From Spirochaetia bacterium (lineage in GTDB: Bacteria > Spirochaetota > Spirochaetia > CADAEX01), in NCBI GenBank assembly GCA_963662795.1, contig OY759746.1, positions 3,744,001 through 3,808,000 on the forward strand: DNA of 64,000 nt, in the 5' to 3' direction. The translations under genes were made by a program, and so were the position numbers. How positions within the stretch are numbered: the first letter of the stretch is position 1; the number at the start of each line of letters is the position of its first letter. This document shows, piece after piece, positions 29,060 to 40,000 of this stretch. The notes beneath the pieces were generated by a model. That model was not told the origin of the DNA, made no database searches, and was given only the letters and a program-made list of their open reading frames with translations.

Positions 29060-30018
29060 TGATATCTCCTGTTTCTTGTGACATAAACTCTCATGGTCTC
29101 CGGCGCCAGCCCGAGTACATTAACCTCTCCGTCAACTTCACCGATAGAAGCTGTTACCGGCAGATTATATACTCCCGGAATTGTAACATTCTTCATATCA
29201 ATGTTAAGGGAGCAGTTTTCCCGGTCAAGAGATTCCACTATTCCCCGTTCAGCTTCTATCTTAATACTTCCGCTGTGAAATTCAAGTTCATATATCATAC
29301 TAATATCATTGTTTATTATTTCAATCTCAACCGGGGCGATATTTTTAATAATCAGGGCTTTCTCTATTTTTCCGCGGAATTGTACTTCATTTCCTCCGAT
29401 AAATTTTATCAGATTCTCATTAAGATCAATTCGGACAGGCAGCATAAAGCTTTCCTTCCTTCCATCCATGCTTATGCTTTCTGTTTTAAGTATTGTAACC
29501 TTCTCCATGAGACTTGCAGGACCTTCTACCGATATATTGTCCGGAGTTACTGTATAGCTTACAAGTTCATAGTTTTCCGCCGGGAACCCTTTGATGACAG
29601 GGATTACATCAAGATTTTTAACAATTTTTTCTTCGATTTTCAGATATATTTCCCCCGGTTCAACCCTTATTTCAAGGGGATCTGCATAGAGAGCGTTTCC
29701 GCTTTTTTTTATTTTGACAGGTTCCCGGTAAACGCCGCTTTTTTCCCAGGGAGAAAAATCCACCTCGGCGGAAATATCTTTTTCACTAATCAGGGATATA
29801 CTGTCTTCGCTTCCCCTTAGAGAAACCCTCACTTCAGTAGGATGAAGTTCCGCAGCTATAAAACCGCTGTTAAGGACAACATTCAGGGGAATATTTATAT
29901 AACGGATTTCCGTAGTATTGATTTTGTAAAAATAGAAAAGCAGAACTGCGAGGGCAATTGACATGATCTTGGCAGGCCAGTTGCGGATAAGTATCTCAAA
30001 TGCTTTCTTAATCTTCAA
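29056..30018 (-). CDS. cdaR: CdaR/YbbR-domain regulator of diadenylate cyclase
   Basis: 'NWPAKIMSIALAVLLF' TM followed by YbbR-like beta repeats; overlaps cdaA. Confidence 0.88.
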   Translation of the reverse strand: MKIKKAFEILIRNWPAKIMSIALAVLLFYFYKINTTEIRYINIPLNVVLNSGFIAAELHPTEVRVSLRGSEDSISLISEKDISAEVDFSPWEKSGVYREPVKIKKSGNALYADPLEIRVEPGEIYLKIEEKIVKNLDVIPVIKGFPAENYELVSYTVTPDNISVEGPASLMEKVTILKTESISMDGRKESFMLPVRIDLNENLIKFIGGNEVQFRGKIEKALIIKNIAPVEIEIINNDISMIYELEFHSGSIKIEAERGIVESLDRENCSLNIDMKNVTIPGVYNLPVTASIGEVDGEVNVLGLAPETMRVYVTRNRRYQ

Positions 30019-30814
30019 TTTCTACCCCTTCTTTATCCCGCTCTTCCTTGTCTTTAATGCTGAGCAGGTTCCTGAGTGTCCGTGTAAGATCTTCTTTTTC
30101 AAGGTCATAATAAAGACTTCCATCGCTTGCTACCGATATAGCGCCGGTTTCTTCAGATACTACAAGTATCACTGAATCTGTTGTTTCCGACAGCCCTATC
30201 GCAGCCCTGTGGCGTGTGCCGAAACTTCTCTTTATGTCAAGCTGTTCAGAAAGAGGAAGGAAACAGCCTGCGGCAGTGATTCTGCTTCCCTGTATAATTA
30301 CCGCTCCGTCATGCAGAGGCGTATCTTTTCCAAAAATAGTCAATATGAGATTAGATGAAATATCAGCATTAAGCCTTGTTCCTGATTCAATAATATTCTT
30401 GAGCCCGATTTCTCCGACAAAAACAATCAGACAACCTCTTCTCATTGTTGAAAGTATTTCAGCTGCATTGAGAATTGTATCAATTTCATAAGGCCTTGAT
30501 GCTGCTGAAAACCTCAGAAACCTTCCCTGTCCGAACCTTGTGAAAAGGTTTCTTATCTCAGGCTGAAACACAATGGCAATAATTATGACAAGCACTGTAC
30601 CCAGTTTGTTCATTACCCATAGCAGTGTTTCAAGTTTCATGAAGTATGCCATAGCGTAAAGCATTGCAACCAGCACACTTCCCTTAATCAGCTGTATTGC
30701 CTTTGTATGAAGCAGGATCTTGTATACCTGATAAATCAGAAAAGCAATTATTGCTATATCAACAAAAGGCCTTATAAATGATAAAAATTTTTCAAACCCG
30801 GTTAAAAATTCCAA
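30008..30814 (-). CDS. cdaA: Diadenylate cyclase CdaA
   Basis: Three TMs, FQPEIR, PLHDGA, GTRHRAA and VSEETG. Confidence 0.96.
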   Translation of the reverse strand: MEFLTGFEKFLSFIRPFVDIAIIAFLIYQVYKILLHTKAIQLIKGSVLVAMLYAMAYFMKLETLLWVMNKLGTVLVIIIAIVFQPEIRNLFTRFGQGRFLRFSAASRPYEIDTILNAAEILSTMRRGCLIVFVGEIGLKNIIESGTRLNADISSNLILTIFGKDTPLHDGAVIIQGSRITAAGCFLPLSEQLDIKRSFGTRHRAAIGLSETTDSVILVVSEETGAISVASDGSLYYDLEKEDLTRTLRNLLSIKDKEERDKEGVEIED

Positions 30815-30819
30815 ATCGT

Positions 30820-31671
30820 TTAACTCTCCCCGCAGATACCGGAACCCCAGGCCCCGGATGCCATTAAAATCTTTATCGTATCAAGTGTTTGCCCGACATC
30901 GTGAACCCTTAAGATATCAGCTCCGTTTAAAAGAGCAATAAGCCCTGCGGCAAGGCTGCCGGCGAGCCTCTCTTCCTGGTTTTTACCGGTAATTGATCCT
31001 ATGAAAGATTTTCTTGAGTGCCCTACCAATACAGGAAACCCTGTTTTCCTGAAAAAAGCAATATTTTTTATTATTTCAATGTTATCTTCTGTCCTTTTGC
31101 CGAAACCGATACCGGGATCAATCACTATATTATCCTTTTCAATCCCGCTTTCAAGCGCAAAGTTTATCCTCTTCTCAAGTTCTTCAAGGATCTCAGCTGC
31201 CGCATCGGTATAATAAGGATTATCCTGCATATCCTGAGGGGTCCCTCTCTTATGCATCAGGATTATGGTGCACTTTGCATCTCTCACAACTGCGGCAAGT
31301 GCCGGATCATCTTTCAATGCTGAAACATCATTAATTATTGCGGCACCCGAATCTATCGCAGCCGCTGCTACCCTGCTTTTCCTTGTATCAACTGAAACCG
31401 GGATTGAAAATTCCGAAACAATTTTCCTTACAACCGGGATCACCCTCTTTATTTCCTCTTCTTCATCCACATAGCCGGACCCGGGCCGGGTCGACTCTCC
31501 GCCGATATCGATTATATCTGCCCCTTCTGAAATCATCATCCTGACAGTTTCGATTGCTTCATTTAAACTATATTTCCGGCTATTAACGAAAAAGGAATCA
31601 GGGGTGCAGTTGATTATTCCCATTATCAATGGTCTTTTAACGCGGTTAATCAGTTCCTTGATATTATGCAT
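30820..31671 (-). CDS. folP: Dihydropteroate synthase
   Basis: MGIINCTPDSF, DIGGESTRPG, DPGIGFGK, SRKSF and RVHDV. Confidence 0.97.
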   Translation of the reverse strand: MHNIKELINRVKRPLIMGIINCTPDSFFVNSRKYSLNEAIETVRMMISEGADIIDIGGESTRPGSGYVDEEEEIKRVIPVVRKIVSEFSIPVSVDTRKSRVAAAAIDSGAAIINDVSALKDDPALAAVVRDAKCTIILMHKRGTPQDMQDNPYYTDAAAEILEELEKRINFALESGIEKDNIVIDPGIGFGKRTEDNIEIIKNIAFFRKTGFPVLVGHSRKSFIGSITGKNQEERLAGSLAAGLIALLNGADILRVHDVGQTLDTIKILMASGAWGSGICGES

Positions 31672-31792
31672 CTTCTGAAAATTATAAATATAAAATTACT
31701 ATATCTCAATACCTGATTTTCAATTTCAATATTGAGATTATTGTGGATTAATTACCTTTTTTCGTGATATAAAGGATCAGAGGTGTTTACTC

Positions 31793-33826
31793 ATGTCGCT
31801 CAGCAAAATGCGGAATATTGGAATTATGGCACACATTGATGCCGGAAAAACGACTACTACAGAAAGAATTCTTTATTATACAGGTAAAAGCCACAGAATC
31901 GGTGAGGTTGATGACGGGGATGCTACCATGGACTGGATGGAACAGGAACAGAACAGGGGCATTACAATTACAGCAGCCGCTACAACCTGTTTCTGGAAAG
32001 ATTATCAGATTAACATTATTGACACTCCCGGGCATGTAGATTTTACGGCGGAAGTAGAAAGATCTCTCCGTGTCCTTGACGGCGGGATTTCAATTTTCTG
32101 CGCTGTCGGCGGTGTTGAACCTCAGTCGGAAACAGTGTGGCACCAGGCAGACAAGTATCATGTCCCGCGTATCGGATTTATCAATAAAATGGACAGGATA
32201 GGTGCTGATTATTTTGAGGTTCTTGATGAAATAAAGGAAAAACTTGGAGGGAATCCTGTACCGCTCAATATACCGATCGGCAGCGAAAGCGATTTTGAAG
32301 GGGTTGTCGATATTCTCGGAAAAAGGGAGCTCAGATGGGACAGGGATACCAACGGTACTGCAATAATTGAATCTGAAATACATGAAACAAGGATAGGCCT
32401 CTATGAATACTGGAAAGAAAACCTTCTTGACAGGCTTTCATCGCATTCCGATGAAATAACAGAGCTCTATATAAGCGGAGAGGAAGTCCCTCTGGAGCTT
32501 CTCAAGTCAGTGATAAGAAAGGCGACGATAGAAAGGAAAATACTTCCTGTTTTAACCGGCTCATCACTTAAAAACGCAGGAGTCCAGAGTCTTCTTGATG
32601 CAGTTATCGACTACCTTCCCGCACCGGATGATCTGCCGCCGGTGAAAGGACACCATGCAAAAAAAGAAGAAGAAATATCAGTCCCGTGTAAAAAAGAGGG
32701 AAATCCTCTCGGTTATGTTTTCAAAATCCAGGCTGACAGGGATGCGGGAGTTTACAGTTATGTAAGAATCTACTCCGGTACTTTCAGGAACGGATCAAGC
32801 GTTATCAATCTGGATAAAGGGAAAAAGGAAAGGATAAACAGGATCCTGAGGATGCATTCAAACAGATCTGAAAATATGGATTCACTTTCAGCAGGGGACA
32901 TAGGCGTATTTATAGGGCTCAAATTTTCCCAGACCGGTGACACCCTCGGACTTGACAGTTTTCCTGTAATTCTTGAAAAAATGGAATTTCCCGAACCTGT
33001 AATATCAATCGCGATAGAACCAAAAACAATTTCAGACAGGGACAGACTGAGGGAAGTGCTTGAAATACTTGCAAAGGAAGATCCTACTTTTACTGTCAGG
33101 GATAACGATGACACAGGACAGCTTGTTATTTCCGGAATGGGGGAACTTCACCTTGATGTTCTTGTAACCAGAATAATCGATGATTTCAAGGTAGAAGCCA
33201 ATATCGGAAACCCCCAGGTTTCATACAAGGAGTCAATAACAAAAGAAATTACACATGTGGAAAACTTTCAAAAAGTTATTGCCGGAAATGAAAACAGGGC
33301 AGAACTGACAATTGAGGTAAAACCTGCCAAAAGGGGTAAAGGCAATTCACTTAATACAGAAGCGATAAAGAAAAAACTCCCGAAAGATATACTTGATGCA
33401 ATTCACAGGGGTATAGAAGGCAGTTTTTCTGCAGGCATCAGTTTCGGTTATCCTATTGTTGATGTTGAGGTAACGGTAAAAGACGCGCAGTACAGTGAGA
33501 CCTTTTCATCTCCTTTTGCCTTTGAGGCAGCTTCTGCCATGGGTTTTGACTCAGCCTGCAATAAAGCCGCCCCTGTGCTGCTTGAACCTGTCATGACTGT
33601 TGACATAATGACACCCAAAGAATATGTAGGGGAAGTTATAAGCCAGGTTACAATGCGCGGAGGACTGATTGAAAGTCTTGAAAGCAGGCCCAGCATAGAA
33701 CATATAAGGGCACATTCCCCTCTTTCAAAAATGTTCGGCTACTCAACATCGCTCAGGAGTTCCACCCAGGGCCGGGGAACTTTCACAATGGAATTTTCCC
33801 ATTTTGCGAAAAAAGAGGAAAAATAA
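31793..33826 (+). CDS. fusA: Elongation factor G paralogue, probably spirochaetal EF-G2 (ribosome-recycling type)
   Basis: Intact [19 protein letters not shown] and NKMD; domain IV lacks KKQSGG.GQ and H.VDSS. Confidence 0.9.
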   Translation: MSLSKMRNIGIMAHIDAGKTTTTERILYYTGKSHRIGEVDDGDATMDWMEQEQNRGITITAAATTCFWKDYQINIIDTPGHVDFTAEVERSLRVLDGGISIFCAVGGVEPQSETVWHQADKYHVPRIGFINKMDRIGADYFEVLDEIKEKLGGNPVPLNIPIGSESDFEGVVDILGKRELRWDRDTNGTAIIESEIHETRIGLYEYWKENLLDRLSSHSDEITELYISGEEVPLELLKSVIRKATIERKILPVLTGSSLKNAGVQSLLDAVIDYLPAPDDLPPVKGHHAKKEEEISVPCKKEGNPLGYVFKIQADRDAGVYSYVRIYSGTFRNGSSVINLDKGKKERINRILRMHSNRSENMDSLSAGDIGVFIGLKFSQTGDTLGLDSFPVILEKMEFPEPVISIAIEPKTISDRDRLREVLEILAKEDPTFTVRDNDDTGQLVISGMGELHLDVLVTRIIDDFKVEANIGNPQVSYKESITKEITHVENFQKVIAGNENRAELTIEVKPAKRGKGNSLNTEAIKKKLPKDILDAIHRGIEGSFSAGISFGYPIVDVEVTVKDAQYSETFSSPFAFEAASAMGFDSACNKAAPVLLEPVMTVDIMTPKEYVGEVISQVTMRGGLIESLESRPSIEHIRAHSPLSKMFGYSTSLRSSTQGRGTFTMEFSHFAKKEEK

Positions 33827-33880
33827 TTCAAAACCATATTGCGCTGTATTTGCATAATGTTGTAAAGTAGCTGTTTTTTG

Positions 33881-33909
33881 TTGACAACCTCAATAGTCAA
33901 AGTTATCAT
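33881..33909 (+). promoter_or_regulatory. sigma70-type promoter upstream of the structured element and EF-G II
   Basis: TTGACA (33881-86), 17 nt spacer, TATCAT (33904-09). Confidence 0.75.
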
Positions 33910-33915
33910 GGGAAG

Positions 33916-34068
33916 ATTAAGAAAGGGCATCTTTGAGATATCAGTGATTTTCCGGCTTACAGGCCAGACAAAGACCTTTATTACACTGCCGGAAGTATCT
34001 GTTAAAGTAACAGGAGCTCAATTGCCTGCCCTTTATTGGGAAAGTTTTAGCCACTAACTGCTAAAAGC
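33916..34068 (+). ncRNA. Candidate structured RNA or 5' leader (family not recognised)
   Basis: Nested stems aaagggca/tgcccttt, ttgag/ctcaa and ttccggc/gccggaa with a side hairpin ctgtta/taacag, then ttttagc/gctaaaa; begins right after a promoter. Confidence 0.5.
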
Positions 34069-34112
34069 GCAGATTATGGATATTACCCAAATACTGAAAA
34101 CAGGAGTCTTGT

Positions 34113-36197
34113 ATGAGTTTCGCAACAGATGCTATTAAGAACACAGTCATTGCCGGGCATGTAAGCACAGGGAAAACAACCCTTATCGAAAACATCCTCC
34201 TCACCGGAGGGAAAATTACCAGGGCAGAAACTATTGAGAGCGGGAAAACAGTAAACGATTACACCGAAGAAGAAATTGAGAAAAAGATTTCGGTTCATTC
34301 GTCCCTATCCCACATGGAATGGAATAATAAAAAACTTAATTTCATAGACACACCGGGTTCTTCAGACTTTATCGGAGAGGTAATTGCAGGTTTCAGATCA
34401 TGTGAAACAGCCCTGATACTTGCCGGCTGCGATACCGGTGTCCAGATTGAGACTTTAAAACTCTGGAGAAATCTTGAGGAAAGGAACAAACCAAGATTTG
34501 TCTTCATAAATAAGTGCGACAAGGAAAGGGCGGATTTTACAGCTGCCATGCAGGATTTAAAGGATAAATTCCAGAAAACTTTTGTTCCGATATCAATCCC
34601 GATTGGAACAGGCGCAGCATACAAGGGGATTATCAACCTGCTCGAAGGAAAGGCATACCTTATACCGGAACCCGGGAAAAAAGAGAGTGCGTCCCCCATT
34701 CCTGCCGATATGCAGGAAGCTGCTGACGAATATAAAAACATGATGATAGAAGCTGCCGCCGAAGGTGATGATGCCATTACAGAAAAATACCTTGAAAACG
34801 GCACCCTGACACCTGAAGATATCAAAACAGGACTTATTGCAGGTCTTCGTGATAATAAAATTGTTCCTGTCCTCTGCGGCTGTGCACTCATGAATTCAGG
34901 AGTTACTGCACTTATCAACTTTATTGAAGCTGTTTCTCCATCTCCTTTGGGGCTAACGGAACTGGGCAGAGATAAAAACGAAGAAGAGACAGGGGTAAAA
35001 ATCGATCCCGCTGCCCCGATTTCCTTTCTTATATTCAAGACCAGTATAGACCAGTTTTCAGGCAAGCTTTCATTTCTTAAAGTTATTACCGGGATACTTA
35101 AACCGGATACCGAGCTTTACAATACACGGGAAGGAAAGAAAGAAAAAATCGGTAAACTCTATACAGCAAACGGGAAAAAAATTGAGGAAGTCAAGGAATT
35201 ACATGCCGGTGATTTAGGCATAGCCATAAAGCTTCCTTCTGCTATTACCAACGACACGCTCTGCACGCATGAGCACATTATATCCTATATACCGCTCAGG
35301 CTTCCGCATCCTGTTTATTCCACATGTGTATCAGCTGAAAGCAAGAAAGAGGAAGACAAATTAAACCAGTTTCTCCACAGGGTTGCGGAAGAAGACCTTA
35401 CATTCCAGATCAGGTTCAATACTGAAACAAAAGAATCAATAATTTCAGGAATGGGAGAGCTCCATATAAACATGATTCTTGACAAGATCAAGGACAAACA
35501 GAAAATCGCAATTCTAACCAAATTGCCCCAGGTTGCATACAGGGAAACAATAACAAAGAAAGCTTCAGGCAGCTACAGGCACAAGAAACAGTCGGGCGGA
35601 CACGGACAGTTCGGCGAAGTGCATTTTGAGCTTTCTCCAATTGAAAGAGGAAAATATCTTAGTTTTATAAACACTATCAAGGGCGGCTCTGTTTCCAAAG
35701 GCTATATACCGGGCATTGAAAAAGGTATTGCGGAAGGGATGCAGGAAGGAGTTCTTGCACATTACCCTGTTGTAGATATTGAAGTAAACCTTTTTGACGG
35801 AAAAGAACACCCGGTTGATTCATCAGAAATGTCATTCAAACTGGCGGCAAAGGGGTGCCTGAAGGCAGTACTTGAAAAAGCAGGTCCGACAATACTTGAG
35901 CCGGTCATGAAGCTTACTGTATATGTTGAAGATCAGTATCTCGGAGATGTGCTTTCAGATTTAAGCTCACGCCGCGGAAGGGTACTTGGACAGGAGCCTA
36001 TAGGAGGAGGACTTCAGGAGGTTAAAGCCGAAGTACCTGAAGCAGAACTTTTAAAATACGCTATAGATCTCAGATCCATCACATCAGGCACCGGCTCTTT
36101 TGAGGTCGAGTTTGACCATTATAATCCGATATCCGGAAAAATTGCGGAAACTGTAATGGCTGAAGCCAGGGCAAGAAAGGAAGCGGAGGCAGAATAA
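34113..36197 (+). CDS. Elongation factor G-like protein (EFG II subfamily)
   Basis: GHVSTGKTT, 'EEIEKKISV', DTPGSSDF and NKCD (divergent G domain); intact KKQSGGHGQF and HPVDSS. Confidence 0.92.
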   Translation: MSFATDAIKNTVIAGHVSTGKTTLIENILLTGGKITRAETIESGKTVNDYTEEEIEKKISVHSSLSHMEWNNKKLNFIDTPGSSDFIGEVIAGFRSCETALILAGCDTGVQIETLKLWRNLEERNKPRFVFINKCDKERADFTAAMQDLKDKFQKTFVPISIPIGTGAAYKGIINLLEGKAYLIPEPGKKESASPIPADMQEAADEYKNMMIEAAAEGDDAITEKYLENGTLTPEDIKTGLIAGLRDNKIVPVLCGCALMNSGVTALINFIEAVSPSPLGLTELGRDKNEEETGVKIDPAAPISFLIFKTSIDQFSGKLSFLKVITGILKPDTELYNTREGKKEKIGKLYTANGKKIEEVKELHAGDLGIAIKLPSAITNDTLCTHEHIISYIPLRLPHPVYSTCVSAESKKEEDKLNQFLHRVAEEDLTFQIRFNTETKESIISGMGELHINMILDKIKDKQKIAILTKLPQVAYRETITKKASGSYRHKKQSGGHGQFGEVHFELSPIERGKYLSFINTIKGGSVSKGYIPGIEKGIAEGMQEGVLAHYPVVDIEVNLFDGKEHPVDSSEMSFKLAAKGCLKAVLEKAGPTILEPVMKLTVYVEDQYLGDVLSDLSSRRGRVLGQEPIGGGLQEVKAEVPEAELLKYAIDLRSITSGTGSFEVEFDHYNPISGKIAETVMAEARARKEAEAE

Positions 36198-36229
36198 TAT
36201 TTTTATCAGTTTAAAAGCTGAACTATAAT

Positions 36230-36267
36230 AACCCGGCAGGCTTTAAAGAGGCTTTCCGGGTTTTTTT
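36230..36267 (+). terminator. Terminator after EF-G II, overlapping the trmB 3' end
   Basis: aacccgg...ccgggtt stem followed by a T run. Confidence 0.6.
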
Positions 36268-37025
36268 ATGAAGAACGATTCATAGATGCTGTGGTTTTTC
36301 CTGTAGCCCTTGGTTTCAAATCTGGTTTCAGGCCGCCATGGCAGGATGGAACTTCCATCACCGCGAGGGGCAAAACCGGGGAATGGGGATTCGAGTGAAG
36401 TGAACGAGGAAAAAACTTTCTGCATCTGATTGCCGTAATCCTCCCAGTCAGTTACCGCATAGATGTATCCGCCGGGTGATAAAACATCAATAAGCGAAGA
36501 GGTAAAATCAGGATTTATAATTCTTCTCTTATTGTGCTTTTTTTTATGCCACGGGTCAGGGAAAAAGATATGGAACCCGTTAAAACAGAACTTTCCCTTT
36601 AAAGCTGCTTCTATTACCTCAACAGCGTCATGGTTCACAATCCTGATATTTTCAAGTTTTTTTTCATCGATCAGCTTCAATAAATTGCCGACTCCCGGCG
36701 GATAGACTTCGATACCGATATATGTAATGTCCCTGTTTTTCCCTGCCATCATCGCAAGGGCATCCCCGTTTCCGAATCCTATCTCCGCAATAATCTTCCG
36801 GTTTTTTTTTAAGGCGCCGGAAATAAAATCAGAGCCCTCACTTCCGCTGTCAAACATGTTCTGCGAGTATTTCAGCATATAACTGGGGCCTTTATTCAAA
36901 AGCGCATTCCGCTGACCCTTTGTCAGTCTTCCGGCCCTCATGACAAAGCTCCTGATCGTTCTTATGCTTTTTATTGTTTGTTCCTGCATTGGTGGAATAA
37001 TAATAAAACAGAGTGAATATTGCAA
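36243..37025 (-). CDS. trmB: tRNA (guanine-N7)-methyltransferase
   Basis: IRSFVMRAGR, EIGFGNG, GIEV, FFPDPWHKKKHNKRR, TDWEDY and TRFE. True start probably at Met13. Confidence 0.96.
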   Translation of the reverse strand: MQYSLCFIIIPPMQEQTIKSIRTIRSFVMRAGRLTKGQRNALLNKGPSYMLKYSQNMFDSGSEGSDFISGALKKNRKIIAEIGFGNGDALAMMAGKNRDITYIGIEVYPPGVGNLLKLIDEKKLENIRIVNHDAVEVIEAALKGKFCFNGFHIFFPDPWHKKKHNKRRIINPDFTSSLIDVLSPGGYIYAVTDWEDYGNQMQKVFSSFTSLESPFPGFAPRGDGSSILPWRPETRFETKGYRKNHSIYESFFIKKPGKPL

Positions 37026-37035
37026 TCGGGATATT

Positions 37036-40000
37036 TCAAAGAAACCTTACAAGCTTTTCCCTTATAAAGGTGGATTTCTCCTTGAGGCCGATGATATCTG
37101 TTTCAAGAACAAGGATATTGGGCCTGTAGGGATCAAGCCTGACCTTTCCCTTGCCTTCCCTTATCAGAATTATTACTTTATCTGCAGATATCATTGAAAC
37201 TCTTGCAAATTCGATCTCAAGAAATCCCTTCCTCTCTTTCATGGAACTGATATAAAGCTTTCTGCATATTATCCGTATCTCCGCAAGCGACATCAGGCTT
37301 TCCACTTCATCAGGGAGCGGGCCGAACCTGTCTTCAAGTTCGCTGTAGAGCCTGTCAAGTTCTTCCTGCGAATTGATGGCGGCTATTGATTTGTAGATTT
37401 CCATTTTCTCAAGCTGATCCCTGATGTAGCTGTCCGGTATATAACCGCTGTATTCAAGGTCAAGATAAACCTCGGGGGGCTCATCCCCACTTTCCTTCTT
37501 GTCAAGTTCCCTTACCGCCTCATCAATAAGCCTCAGGTACATATCAAAGCCGACAGATGCAATCTCGCCGCTCTGCTCCCGTCCAAGCAGATTGCCGGCG
37601 CCGCGCACCTCAAGGTCTTTGAGGGCAATCTTGAAACCGGAACCCAGCTCTGTGTTATCCGATATAATCTGAAGCCGTTTCATCGCAAGCTCCGAAAGCG
37701 CCCTCTGCTCGGGATAAAGAAGATATGCGTAAGCAAGCCGGTCAGACCGTCCGACCCTTCCCCTCAGCTGATAAAGCTGTGAGATACCGTACATGTCTGC
37801 CCTGTCTATAATGATTGTATTTACATTGGGAATATCAATGCCGTTTTCAATGATTGTTGTTGAAACCAGGACATGGATGCCGTGGTGCACAAAACGCTTC
37901 ATGACATCCTCAATCTCCAGAGGATTAAGCCTCCCGTGCGCTGTTTCAACAAGTATTTCCGGCATCAGTTTCTGAAGAAACAGCTTAATGCTCTCAAGGC
38001 TTTCAATCCTGTTATGCAGGTAATAAACCTGCCCTCCCCTTTCAACTTCCCTCCTGATAGCATTAACTACAGCCTCTTCGCTGAATTCCTGGACAAATGT
38101 TTCTATCGGTCTTCTGTTGTGGGGAGGAGTTTTAAGGACAGACATATCCCTTATTTTCAGCAGAGACATGTGAAGCGTTCTTGGAATGGGAGTTGCGGAG
38201 AGGGTAAGGCAGTCAACCGAGGATTTCATATCTTTCATCCTCTCCTTGGCTTTTACTCCGAATCTCTGTTCCTCATCAATTATCATGAGTCCGAGATTTT
38301 TAAAATTGATATCTTTCTGGAGCATCCTGTGGGTTCCGATGACAATATCAACTTCTCCGCTGCTTATTTTTTTTACTGTCTCTTTCTGATCATGTTTTGT
38401 TACAAATCTTGACAGCATTCCGATGTTGATCGGATAATTGGCAAATCTTTCCTTGAAATTATCATAATGCTGTTCTACAAGGATAGTTGTGGGGGCAAGG
38501 TATGCGACCTGTTTGCCTCCGGATGCTGCCTTGAATGCTGCCCGCATCGCAACCTCAGTCTTGCCGTAGCCTACATCTCCGCATAAAAGCCGGTCCATCG
38601 GAGATGGGCTTTCCATATCGTTTTTAATCTCTTCGATTGAGGTCAACTGATCTTCCGTCTCTTCAAACGGAAATGATGCTTCAAACTCATTCTGCCAGTC
38701 TGTATCCCGCTGAAAGGCATACCCTCTTGCGTGCTTTCGTCTTGAATAGATTTCAATAAGTTTATGGGCAATCTCCTCGGCAGCTTTTTTAACTTTGTTT
38801 TTTCTGGTTTCCCATGATTTCCCGCCGAGCCTGTCAAGGCGGGGCGCGCCCCCCTCGCTTCCGATATACCTCTGGATAAGATTTACCTGTTCAATCGGGA
38901 TAAAGATATTTTCCTCATCAGCATATTCAATCTGAATGTAATCCCGCTCTGTATTGGCTGCCTTTATACGGTCTATCCCCAGGTATTTCCCGATTCCGTA
39001 GCTTACATGGACAACAAAGTCTCCGGGATTGAGTTCCACAAATGAATCTATCGGCTGACTTTTTGTTTTTTTAATTGACGAGGGGACCCGCTTTTTGCGT
39101 CCGAAAATTTCATTCTCATGAATGGCTATTATTTTCTGCATCGGCAGAACAAATCCTGAGGAGACAGATGCCGTAACAACTATGACATCCATATCCTTTA
39201 AAACATTTTCAATTCTTGTCCGCTGGGATTCTGATGAAGAAAAGATAAAAACCGTATATCCGCTGTCAATTAGTTTACCAAGTTCATCTTTAAGATAATT
39301 GAAATTACCGAAAAAGGACCTTCCGGATTCATATGCAAACCGTATGAATTTTGATGCATCCCTTGCTGCATCCTTCTTCCTGTCACTGCTGCCGAGGACA
39401 GGAAGAAGTACTTTCCTTTTTATTTTTCCGACAAGGGTTGAATATTCCGCATATAGATTATCAGGAGCAATTGAATCAGGAATATTTTTAATTTTCCTTC
39501 CCCTGTACAGCTCCTTAAGCTCTCTTGTAATTACATCGCTGTTTGAATACAGCAGCTCGCTTTCAGCAAGAAAAACCGTCCCCTCATCACCTATGTAATC
39601 AGTTATAAGAGACTGATTTTTAAAAGTTCCCGGAAAAAGATATTCCTCTCCGGGTAGTCTTCTGAACTCAAGCAGTTCAGCCTTCTCATCATCCGTAATA
39701 ATTCCTCTGTCATAAGCGCTTTTAATGGCATTGTCAGTCCAGATTATTTCCCTGTTGGGATAGATAATGATCTCATCTGTCTGTCCGGTTGACTGCTGCC
39801 CGACAGGGTCAAAATATTTAATGTTTTCAATCTCATCAAAACCGAAAACAATCCTTACAGCATCCTCCGTCCCCGGCATGAATATATCAAGGACTTCTCC
39901 GCGTAGGGCAAATTCGCCGTGAATACTTACACGCGGCACCCTGAGGTATCCTGCCTGCTCAAGTTTATTACCGATATCGGTGGAATTAATGGATTTTCCT

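Noticed and set aside
28888-29820. 310-aa + strand ORF
   Set aside because: Entirely antisense to cdaR/acpS with no recognisable motifs; a shadow ORF.
21704-31671. cdaA-cdaR embedded among acpS, truA, udg and priA, plus a kinase-less PASTA protein
   Set aside because: Matches known conserved spirochaete gene order; not novel.
33908-34057. 49-codon ORF (MGRLRKGIFEISV...) across the structured element
   Set aside because: Its ATG overlaps the predicted -10 box and it has no RBS; the RNA structure explains the region better.
34295-35065. 256-aa minus-strand ORF
   Set aside because: Codon-register antisense shadow of EF-G II, with Ser/Phe-rich composition.
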